Below are positions 56,367 through 64,000 of a stretch of DNA of 64,000 nucleotides, in pieces. Location: NCBI GenBank assembly GCA_022571845.1, contig JACZXB010000004.1, positions 101,578 through 165,577 of the forward strand, given 5' to 3'. Position 1 is the stretch's first letter. The number at the start of each line of letters is the position of its first letter. Made by a program: the position numbers and the translations under genes. The stretch comes from Candidatus Zixiibacteriota bacterium. Lineage in GTDB: Bacteria; Zixibacteria; MSB-5A5; GN15; FEB-12. The notes beneath the pieces were generated by a model. That model had not been told where the DNA came from. It saw nothing but the letters and a program-made list of their open reading frames with translations, and did not search any database.

Positions 56367-58313
56367 ATGAGCCAACAGGAAGAAATCAATAATAAAGAAC
56401 TTGAAGATATTCGTTATATTCTCAAGGATTTTCTAAAGGTCATTAAAGTTGTAACGATGTACCCCGAGGATAATCCTCTGCCTCAGTCTCTTAAGCAGTC
56501 TTTTTCAGAAAAGCTGGAATCTGTCGCCAATGAATACGGCCCGATAAATATTGTGGTCGAAAAAGAATTCTTAGTTTACAAAAACGAAGTAGTATTTCGC
56601 GATCGCTCCAAAGAAGAAAGCCTGGCCGGGCTCTTTTTTAATACCGGCATAACCCGTTTTACAATGCAGCCGACTTTGTCTGTAGACGAAATCTACAAGC
56701 TGCTGGATACATTTAAGGATTTCTTAAACGCCCCAAAAAACAGCTGTGATCTGGCGGGGCTGATATGGGAAGCAGAGATATCTGACTTCACGTTTTCGAC
56801 TGTTGAAGATATTGCCCTTTCGGGATATGACGGAAAAATAGAAGAACAATTCATAAGTGGCGGTACGTCGGGGACGCCGGCTGACCATACTTTATTTGGC
56901 GCCGATGAGGAAGCGGATTACGGCGCTATTTTTGACCACGCCTCTCTGCCGCCTGGCTCGGTAGACTCTTCGCAGCCGACTGAAACAAACCTGGACGATA
57001 CGCCTGCAAAAGGAATACCTGAGGGAGGCTCTATTTTTTATTCTCATGTCTACCGGGACCTTGATGATGAACAATCTGCTGAAGTGGTAGAAAAAGAGCA
57101 GGCTCTAAATACTGCTGCTGCTGCCGAGGCAATGGGCTTTGCTGATCTCGCGCCGGCACGTGATGTACCGAATACAACTTTGATCCTTAACGATGAATTT
57201 AAGCTATCGGAAGAAGAAGAAAACGAGTTCGGTGTTCTTTTGGATGAAGACAATAATTTTGACATGTTTGAATCTACAGCCGAAATTTTAAAAGAGATTC
57301 TTCATCAGGAAATAGATATTTCCGGCTTTTCAGAAGCTGTAACTATTTCTGAAAAAGTTATAAGTGAACTCGTAAGAGCCGGAGCTCTCGATCAGGCTGC
57401 CAGCGTCCTGAATTATATGAGTAAGCTTGAAGAAATGATAGCCTCTAAAAAACCCAGATGGGCAGAAAGGCTAAAAGAAGCAGCAATTACCGCCGGCTCC
57501 AGAGATCGTCTTCGGATATTGCTGGAAGGCTTAAATGAACATCCGGAAATTGATGAGCTCAAAATTAGAGCGTACTTAAACAATTTGGGCTGGGAGTCTT
57601 TGGCGGGCGTTACAGAAATAATGGGTGAAATAGAACACCGCTCACATCGTGAAGCTTTCAATAATTATCTCAGCCAGGCAGGCCAGAACAAAGTCGATAT
57701 AATTTCCAGGGGAATCTTTGACAAGCGCTGGTTTGTGGTACGAAACGCTGTCATTGTCTTAGCCAGAATTGGTGACGACAAAGCCCTGAGCTATCTGGAA
57801 AAAATAGCCGACCACGAAGAACAAAGAGTACGCCTGGCTATTGTTGAACATATCAAAGAGAGCAAAAACCCCAGAGCCTTAAAAATACTTTCCCAAACTG
57901 TTATGGACGAAGACCCTGAAGTTCGCAGGAGTTCCATAAATTCAATAATCGGTCTAAAGGGACAGGGGGCCTTCGATGTAATAGAAGGCATTGTAAAAGA
58001 CCAAGGCTTTACAGACTTTGACCCGACCGATCAGGAGCTGCTTTTAGAAGCCTACTCAATCATCGGCGGAGACAAATCAGTTTCATTCCTTACCAGAAAA
58101 ATCCTGAAGTACATCTTTTTCAGAAACGCCAGAGCCACTCAACTAAGAAGAGCCTCAATGGAAGCTCTGGCTATTAATCGCAGTGAAAGGGCAGAAAAAG
58201 CATTAATTAAACTGTCCAGCAGTTGGAGGGCTAATATCAGAAATCTCTCGACTCTGGCCATGAATAAACGCCGCTCTATACTCTATGGAGACAGTGATGC
58301 AGAAAACAGCTGA
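56367..58313 (+). CDS. HEAT-repeat protein with an acidic disordered centre
   Basis: C-terminal HEAT/PBS-lyase-type repeats (RWFVVRNAVIVLARIGDDKAL..., EEQRVRLAIVEHI..., DPEVRRSSINSIIGL). The ATG at 56367 is preferred over the GTG at 56340. Confidence 0.65.
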   Translation: MSQQEEINNKELEDIRYILKDFLKVIKVVTMYPEDNPLPQSLKQSFSEKLESVANEYGPINIVVEKEFLVYKNEVVFRDRSKEESLAGLFFNTGITRFTMQPTLSVDEIYKLLDTFKDFLNAPKNSCDLAGLIWEAEISDFTFSTVEDIALSGYDGKIEEQFISGGTSGTPADHTLFGADEEADYGAIFDHASLPPGSVDSSQPTETNLDDTPAKGIPEGGSIFYSHVYRDLDDEQSAEVVEKEQALNTAAAAEAMGFADLAPARDVPNTTLILNDEFKLSEEEENEFGVLLDEDNNFDMFESTAEILKEILHQEIDISGFSEAVTISEKVISELVRAGALDQAASVLNYMSKLEEMIASKKPRWAERLKEAAITAGSRDRLRILLEGLNEHPEIDELKIRAYLNNLGWESLAGVTEIMGEIEHRSHREAFNNYLSQAGQNKVDIISRGIFDKRWFVVRNAVIVLARIGDDKALSYLEKIADHEEQRVRLAIVEHIKESKNPRALKILSQTVMDEDPEVRRSSINSIIGLKGQGAFDVIEGIVKDQGFTDFDPTDQELLLEAYSIIGGDKSVSFLTRKILKYIFFRNARATQLRRASMEALAINRSERAEKALIKLSSSWRANIRNLSTLAMNKRRSILYGDSDAENS

Positions 58314-59742
58314 AGAACAGATTTCACGGATATTAGGCAGCAAATCCGAAGAAAGATTGCTTAGCAGTTTTTTTGTGCTCTATAAGACTGCCCGTATAGT
58401 TGACAGAAAAAATGAAACGTTTAAAAACCAGAGCGAAACTTTTTTTAAACACCTCCAGCCGGCGATTAAAAGCAGCGGCGACATTGCCATAAAGCTTGTC
58501 AACGGACGCTATTTTATAAACGAAATGATGATTCGTTTCGATGACCTGGGGATTTCGGGAGCAGCCTCGGTAGTCAGTGAATGGAAAAAGTTCGGACTAG
58601 GCGGTGTAGAATTTTCTTCAGATATTACCAAAGAGGGCGCCGAAAACTTTTTCGTGTTTATGGCCTCAATGAAACCGAGCGATGAAAATATTGATACGAT
58701 AATCGCAAAACTAAAATCTCAACACTTGTCGTGCATTACACTGTTTGCACTATCAGAGTTACAGCAAAACCAGTCGCTGGTATCAGAACAGATGCGCAAG
58801 CAATTCCGGCAGGCCGCCCGCCAGACGTTTTTCCGGGCGATGTCGGTAGCGCAAGAAGCAATGGTCAATACGGCTACCGGCAAGGATGTCAACACCAGCA
58901 AAACAAGAAGAGTTGTGCATAATCTAATAGATCATATCAGCCGCGATGAATCTTCGCTTATAGAACTGGCGGCCATTAAAGATTACGACGATTACACCTA
59001 TGCCCATTCAACCAACGTCTGCATCTATTCTTTGACTCTTGGTGTAAGACTAAAGATGGACAGAGCGCGCCTCTCACAACTCGGTTTTGCGGCCTTGTTC
59101 CACGATGTTGGCAAAGTAAAACTACCTTCGGACTTGATCAAAAAGCCGGAGGCCTATGATGAGAACGACTGGCTGCAGATGCAGCAGCATCCTCTTTTGG
59201 GAGCAAAAACTATTCTGCGAAATATGAAACTGGACTTACATACCGCCAGAGGAGCCAGAGGAGCCTTTGAGCATCACATCAATCAGGACTTTACCGGATA
59301 TCCACAGTTGAAATACAAAAAGAGGCCCACCAACCTTTTTTCAAAAATAATTGCCATAGCTGATTCATTTGACGCTTTGACCTCCGGCCGCATATATGTC
59401 AAAAAGCCAATTGCTCCAGACGAAGTTCTCAAGAAAATGCATTATCAAATGGCTGTAAAATATGATCCGTTTTTACTGAAAATTTTTACGAACATAGTTG
59501 GCATTTATCCGGCCGGCTCGCTGGTACTCTTGAGTACAGAGGAACTGGCCTTAATACTGACCAACAACAAAGACAATCCTGCAAAACCATGTGTCAAACT
59601 TCTCGGTGACAAAGAAAAATTATTCGAAGAGCCTGTCTGGGCAGATTTATCTCTTCCCGAACATGCCGAGAGAAATATTGTCAGGATGGTTGACCCGGCC
59701 CGCTACGGCCTTCAGGTAAAAGATTTCATTTTAGGCGATTAA
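58285..59742 (+). CDS. HD-GYP domain protein (putative cyclic-di-GMP phosphodiesterase)
   Basis: HSTNV...LFHDVGK...HHINQDFTGYP...ADSFDALTSGRIY. Overlaps the upstream gene by 29 nt, or 17 nt if the ATG at 58297 is used. Confidence 0.85.
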   Translation: METVMQKTAEEQISRILGSKSEERLLSSFFVLYKTARIVDRKNETFKNQSETFFKHLQPAIKSSGDIAIKLVNGRYFINEMMIRFDDLGISGAASVVSEWKKFGLGGVEFSSDITKEGAENFFVFMASMKPSDENIDTIIAKLKSQHLSCITLFALSELQQNQSLVSEQMRKQFRQAARQTFFRAMSVAQEAMVNTATGKDVNTSKTRRVVHNLIDHISRDESSLIELAAIKDYDDYTYAHSTNVCIYSLTLGVRLKMDRARLSQLGFAALFHDVGKVKLPSDLIKKPEAYDENDWLQMQQHPLLGAKTILRNMKLDLHTARGARGAFEHHINQDFTGYPQLKYKKRPTNLFSKIIAIADSFDALTSGRIYVKKPIAPDEVLKKMHYQMAVKYDPFLLKIFTNIVGIYPAGSLVLLSTEELALILTNNKDNPAKPCVKLLGDKEKLFEEPVWADLSLPEHAERNIVRMVDPARYGLQVKDFILGD

Positions 59743-60329
59743 AAAGAAACAGCCACCGAGGCGTACAGTCCTTTTTTGTCAAGCGGCTTTATATTAAGCG
59801 ACAGTTTATCTTCACCGGGTTTTTTGTCTTTCGGAAAACCGGAGAGATGGGCGTCGGCAAAAGCATCAAACATTGACACGAAAGTAACTATCACTGCAAA
59901 CCAGGTAAACTTGTTACGCTGGTCCTTGCTGTCGAGAAAATTATCATACAAGATATTTCTTTCAGTAGTATCTAACGACATTTCAAATTCGTCTTTAAAA
60001 TCAGATGCCTCTCGGCCATGATCGATTGCAGAACTAATCAGCCAGGCTTGCAATCCCACCACAACCGCGGCTTTAAAATACTTTCTGTTGCCGACCTGCC
60101 CCAGACCGGGCACCAGCATAGATTTAACTAACGCCATAGTAGGGTTCTGTATAAGCCGCTTTTCATAATCAATCGAGTCCGATACTGCCAGAGTAGATGA
60201 TTCAAAACCTATCGGCTTATAAATGACTGTATCGTTAGCTAAATTTGAATCTACGTATGTTGAATCTGCAGCCTGGGCATGACCTCTTAGTAGAAAAACT
60301 AAAATTAAACTCAAATAGATTTTAGTCAC
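59739..60329 (-). CDS. DUF5683-like secreted/membrane protein
   Basis: Signal peptide. LVPGLGQVGNRKYFKA matches the DUF5683 signature (PG.GQ.YN+KYWK). Confidence 0.6.
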   Translation of the reverse strand: MTKIYLSLILVFLLRGHAQAADSTYVDSNLANDTVIYKPIGFESSTLAVSDSIDYEKRLIQNPTMALVKSMLVPGLGQVGNRKYFKAAVVVGLQAWLISSAIDHGREASDFKDEFEMSLDTTERNILYDNFLDSKDQRNKFTWFAVIVTFVSMFDAFADAHLSGFPKDKKPGEDKLSLNIKPLDKKGLYASVAVSF

Positions 60330-61287
60330 CGCAAACTTTTAGCTGCCTGGAGCCAACCTCGATCTCAACAAAATTGGTGGGCAATGTCAGCAGTTCTCCA
60401 TCCAGATAGAGCAGCATTCCTTCGGCCGGCTGTATGGTTATTATCTTGCCGCGATACATTCTGACATCGCTGCCATACCAGAATTTCTCTTTAGAAAGCT
60501 GCTTAAGCAGTTTTCCGGCCTCTTTAGGTTTCACGTTGATATCGAAAATAACTTCTGCCAGACCATCGGCGGCGCCCGAAGCCGGACTTACCTTTATACC
60601 GGCACTATAAGGCAGCAGATTCACATTAAATATCAGAGGACTCAACTCGAACCTAAAGGCATCAACTTTTATTATGGTATTGCGTACACTGCAGTTTAAT
60701 GCTGCCTTTGTGCCTAAGCTGCTCCAGCCCATATTGAATCTCGGCCTGCCGTTTTGCTGCAGCAGCCTTTCGAGATTCGGAATCAAACCGATTCCCAGCG
60801 AACCAAAAAAGATCTGATTGGCAACCGTTGCATAATCTATGCTCTTGTAACTCTTTGAAAAAATTCTCTGGATGCCCTCATCCGGACTTACCGAACCAAA
60901 CAAACTAATTGCGATATTGTTCTCTTTTCCCAACGGGATGATAGCTATCGGTAGATTTGCTTTAAGCGCCGCCCTGGCTGCCAGATTAAAGGTGCCGTCT
61001 CCACCGCAAACTACCAGTTTGGTAATCTTTCCCCGGCGGTGCTCTTCGGCCGAGCGGCTGCCCCGTATACGCCTCAAACCAGCCATTGTTTGAGCTCGCT
61101 GCATCAGGCCCATGGCTGACGACGGTTCGGCTATTGAAAAGTTGGCCCTTTTTCTCTTGATTTCAGCTATCAGGTTATCCACAACCTTGCTGTCATAATT
61201 TGCGGCCGCTTGATTAACCAGAATTCCGTAATGTTCAGTTATTCGTCTTGATTTCCGAGTTGGTTTCATGCCAGCCATATATACCAA
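60322..61287 (-). CDS. Diacylglycerol/lipid kinase-family protein (DAGK catalytic / NAD-kinase-like fold)
   Basis: LVVCGGDGTFNLAARA, a glycine-rich DAGK_cat motif. Confidence 0.65.
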   Translation of the reverse strand: MVYMAGMKPTRKSRRITEHYGILVNQAAANYDSKVVDNLIAEIKRKRANFSIAEPSSAMGLMQRAQTMAGLRRIRGSRSAEEHRRGKITKLVVCGGDGTFNLAARAALKANLPIAIIPLGKENNIAISLFGSVSPDEGIQRIFSKSYKSIDYATVANQIFFGSLGIGLIPNLERLLQQNGRPRFNMGWSSLGTKAALNCSVRNTIIKVDAFRFELSPLIFNVNLLPYSAGIKVSPASGAADGLAEVIFDINVKPKEAGKLLKQLSKEKFWYGSDVRMYRGKIITIQPAEGMLLYLDGELLTLPTNFVEIEVGSRQLKVCGD

Positions 61288-61375
61288 AAATCTTAGCCTC
61301 AGTAAACTCTTATCAAGAGCAGCAACCGGCCAGTTTTAGTCTTGAAACAAGAGGAAATCTGACTTATAATCGACT

Positions 61376-62248
61376 GTGCTTAATTCCTTGATTAAACTGG
61401 CGCGTCCTTCCCAATGGATAAAAAACAGCCTTGTTTTGGCTGCCCTTTTTTTTGCAGGAGTCGCCGATGACAGCCACAGCCTGATACTGGCATTTGCAGC
61501 GGCCGCTGCTTTTTGTCTCTTGTCCTCATCTATCTATGCTCTGAACGACCTCATTGACTGCGAACTTGATAAAAATCATCCGCTCAAAAAATCGAGACCA
61601 ATTGCAGCGGGTGAAATTTCGACAGCCACCGCAGCTCTATTTTCGTTTATACTGGCTGCGGCCGGCCTTTTCTCGGCCTGGCTGATAAATTTTGAGCTTT
61701 TTATCGTATCTGTTATTTTCCTGCTTCTCAATGTCCTTTACTCAAGCTGGCTAAAGCATGTTGTCATTCTGGATGTAATGACAATTGCTCTAAGTTTTGT
61801 TATCAGAGCTTATGCCGGTGCAGTAGCTATAGAGGTCGCCGCCTCAAAATGGATGCTGATAAACACGTTGTTTTTAGCGCTCTTTTTGGCTTTTGGTAAA
61901 CGCCGGCACGAGTTGGTGCTCTTAGACGATGAAGCTACTTCGCACCGGCAATCTTTAAGCAAGTATTCACCTTATCTTTTGGATCAGCTGATATCTGTGG
62001 TAACAGCTTCGGTGGTGGTAGCTTATTTGTTGTATACCTTTTCAAGCGAGGTTTCATCAAAACTAAATACGGAGTACTTGTATATTACGGTACCGTTTGT
62101 AGTCTACGGAATTTTTCGATATCTTTATCTGATTCACTATGAAGAGAAAGGCGGCTCACCTACTAAAGTCTTGATTGGCGATAAACCTTTAATGCTGGAT
62201 GTCATCCTATGGTTAGCTACGGTAATAATTATTCTTTATTTGATATAA
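61376..62248 (+). CDS. UbiA-family prenyltransferase (decaprenyl-phosphate phosphoribosyltransferase-like)
   Basis: NDLIDCELDKNHPLKKSRPIAAGEIS (NDxxDxxxD). Multiple TM helices. GTG start. Confidence 0.8.
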   Translation: MLNSLIKLARPSQWIKNSLVLAALFFAGVADDSHSLILAFAAAAAFCLLSSSIYALNDLIDCELDKNHPLKKSRPIAAGEISTATAALFSFILAAAGLFSAWLINFELFIVSVIFLLLNVLYSSWLKHVVILDVMTIALSFVIRAYAGAVAIEVAASKWMLINTLFLALFLAFGKRRHELVLLDDEATSHRQSLSKYSPYLLDQLISVVTASVVVAYLLYTFSSEVSSKLNTEYLYITVPFVVYGIFRYLYLIHYEEKGGSPTKVLIGDKPLMLDVILWLATVIIILYLI

Positions 62249-62250
62249 GA

Positions 62251-63192
62251 TTGAAGAAATTTGTATTCATAAGTTTTCTGCTTCTCTCACTTGGGCTATC
62301 TCTTTCCTGCAGTGGAGACAAAAAAAGTAGTAAAGACACCAAGCCTCAACTTGAAACCGAATTAGCCAAAATTCCGTTTTCGGCAGATATTGTTCTGCCG
62401 CGCAACATACCTGAAAAAAATATTACAGTCGCCTCCGAGACGACCAGAATAACCCGTAAAGAAGCATCAGCAAAACTTGGTGATAAAGCTGCCGAATATC
62501 TTAATTCACTAATGATTGGTACTGTCAGAGTAATGTACAAAGTAGACAGAGATACAATCAGAGCGGAAATTGCCCAGTTTGCTTCGACCGACGACGCCTA
62601 TGGCTTTTACTCCCGCCAGAGGCCGGACGGAATCACTCTCGATGGCATCGGCACAGAATCATTCTTTTACAAAAACAAATACAAGTTCACCAAAGGTGAA
62701 TATGCGGTCTCTCTATCATTAAAAAGAAAAAGCAATGACGCTCTAAAGTCTTTTCGTAAACTGGCCGGCGAGATAGCCGGTCAAATTGCAAATTCCCCCC
62801 GGGCGCAGCAGTTTTTCATTCTGTTTCCATATGGTGGTCAGGTCGCCTCCTCGCGCAAGTATTACAGCCGAGACTTTATGGGAGTAGACGGCCTTGACAG
62901 TGTTTACACTATTAGCTACGTCTCTGATTCTGACACCTTAATTCTGTTTCTGACAATGGATACGTCCGGCGCAAAATTCGTGAACTTTTCAAAATGGGGC
63001 CAAAGTTTTGGCAAGGCCGGTCCGGTGCCCCCCGAATTTGACTTTCCCTCAGGACATTCTATTGCCTTTGAACATCCGGATAAAGGGCAGATAGTAGCCG
63101 GGATTGTCAGAAAAAAGATAGCAGGTGTTATTGGTTACAAGCGCGGCAGCGGCAGTCAATTGTGTAGTCGCTGGGTTAAGGGACTCAGATAG
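62251..63192 (+). CDS. Lipoprotein of unknown function
   Basis: The TTG at 62251, 2 nt after the UbiA-family gene's stop, gives LKKFVFISFLLLSLGLSLSCSG with the lipobox LSLSC. The track start at 62209 overlaps the upstream gene. Confidence 0.6.
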   Translation: MKKFVFISFLLLSLGLSLSCSGDKKSSKDTKPQLETELAKIPFSADIVLPRNIPEKNITVASETTRITRKEASAKLGDKAAEYLNSLMIGTVRVMYKVDRDTIRAEIAQFASTDDAYGFYSRQRPDGITLDGIGTESFFYKNKYKFTKGEYAVSLSLKRKSNDALKSFRKLAGEIAGQIANSPRAQQFFILFPYGGQVASSRKYYSRDFMGVDGLDSVYTISYVSDSDTLILFLTMDTSGAKFVNFSKWGQSFGKAGPVPPEFDFPSGHSIAFEHPDKGQIVAGIVRKKIAGVIGYKRGSGSQLCSRWVKGLR

Positions 63193-63204
63193 CAGTTTAA
63201 AAAT

Positions 63205-63235
63205 AAGAAAGGCGCCGACAAGCGGCGCCTTTCTT
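63205..63235. terminator. Bidirectional rho-independent terminator between convergent genes
   Basis: AAGAAAGGCGCCG-acaag-CGGCGCCTTTCTT forms a 13-bp stem with A/T runs on both sides. Confidence 0.8.
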
Positions 63236-63351
63236 GGGGGAGGTACTATGAAAAAAATTCTTATTGCTGTCCCAAGATGTCTTATTCTTTTCATATATTG
63301 TAACAGTTCACGCCTTAAAAAGTTCCAAAACTAGCTGCTATTTTCATACAC

Positions 63352-63906
63352 TTATTCAGATTTTTCGAGAGCCTTTTTAAGTTCTTCGAAATCCTTGCCA
63401 TCTTTTACTGAATATTCATAGTTGATATACTCAAACTTACCGTCCTTGCCGACTACAAAGACCGAGCGGCTCATCATGCCGTTCTCAGGCATATAAACGC
63501 CCATCTTCTTCCCGAATTCGCGAGTATGGTCTCCAAGAAGTTTAAATGGCAGATTATGATGTTTGGCCCAGGCCTGGTGGCTAAAGATATAGTCACCGGA
63601 GACAGGAAGAACTTCCACATCAAGTTTAGTCAAGGCATCGATAGAATCTCTAAAATTGCACATCTCGGTAGTACAACCGCCCGACCAGTCGGCCGGGTAG
63701 AAAGCCAGCACATATCTGCTGCCTTTTAAGTCTTCAGAACTTATTCCGTCAAAATCAACTTTTTCCTGAGTTGCATAAGGCAACTTGAACACCGGCACCG
63801 TATCTCCAACTTTTAGCACTATTTCCTCCGCAATTGAAATGTTGATTAACATAAAAAAGACGAGTACAGCTTTACTAACAACCGAACATACTTTTTTTTC
63901 TGACAT
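63352..63906 (-). CDS. Secreted AhpC/TSA-family peroxiredoxin / redoxin
   Basis: Signal peptide. YVLAFYPADWSGGCTTEMC (peroxidatic Cys context). FSHQAWAKHH. Confidence 0.7.
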   Translation of the reverse strand: MSEKKVCSVVSKAVLVFFMLINISIAEEIVLKVGDTVPVFKLPYATQEKVDFDGISSEDLKGSRYVLAFYPADWSGGCTTEMCNFRDSIDALTKLDVEVLPVSGDYIFSHQAWAKHHNLPFKLLGDHTREFGKKMGVYMPENGMMSRSVFVVGKDGKFEYINYEYSVKDGKDFEELKKALEKSE

Positions 63907-64000
63907 AATTAGTCCTCAAATAAATCATCAAAGTTTTTTTTGCGGTTGTCTTTGGTATCATCTTGATACGAAACACCACCCGCTTTCTTGAACGCAATAC

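Overview
This 64 kb window looks like chromosomal DNA from an uncultivated Gram-negative bacterium. The lineage guess is FCB-like, based on CarboxypepD_reg-fronted TonB-dependent receptors, a DUF5683 protein and dockerin-like C-termini, and it is low confidence. Genes are densely packed and many adjacent pairs share ATGA start/stop overlaps.

Most of the window is housekeeping: yajC-def-fmt-rng, lepB-hemW-tadA, htpX, a CDF transporter, rlmD, gmd and tRNA-Ser(CGA). There are also two nucleotide-sugar/glycan clusters, at 15.6-21.1 kb and 52.9-56.2 kb.

The main accessory locus is at 6.6-14.6 kb. It holds seven tandem genes for small secreted beta-strand proteins; six end in a conserved ...LT(V/I)AY(T/N)G(N/A/T) strand and resemble DUF4402 / spore-coat-U-type pilins, and the seventh is a divergent member. 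A PapD-like periplasmic chaperone candidate and an 865-aa usher-like outer-membrane protein with a CarboxypepD_reg-like C-terminus follow them. A near-consensus sigma54 -24/-12 promoter precedes the array. I read this as a poorly characterised chaperone-usher-type fibre system.

Other points of interest:
- an EgtB/SenA-like gene translationally coupled to a SenB-like glycosyltransferase, a possible selenoneine-type locus
- three tandem paralogous 4-TM proteins coupled to tadA
- a glutamate-transporter-family protein with a roughly 320-aa disordered basic tail
- a nucleotide-sugar dehydrogenase whose conserved N-terminus has no canonical start codon
- several families of GC-rich REP-like hairpin repeats that bracket an ankyrin-repeat membrane protein gene

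All functional calls come from reading motifs in the supplied translations. No database searches were run.
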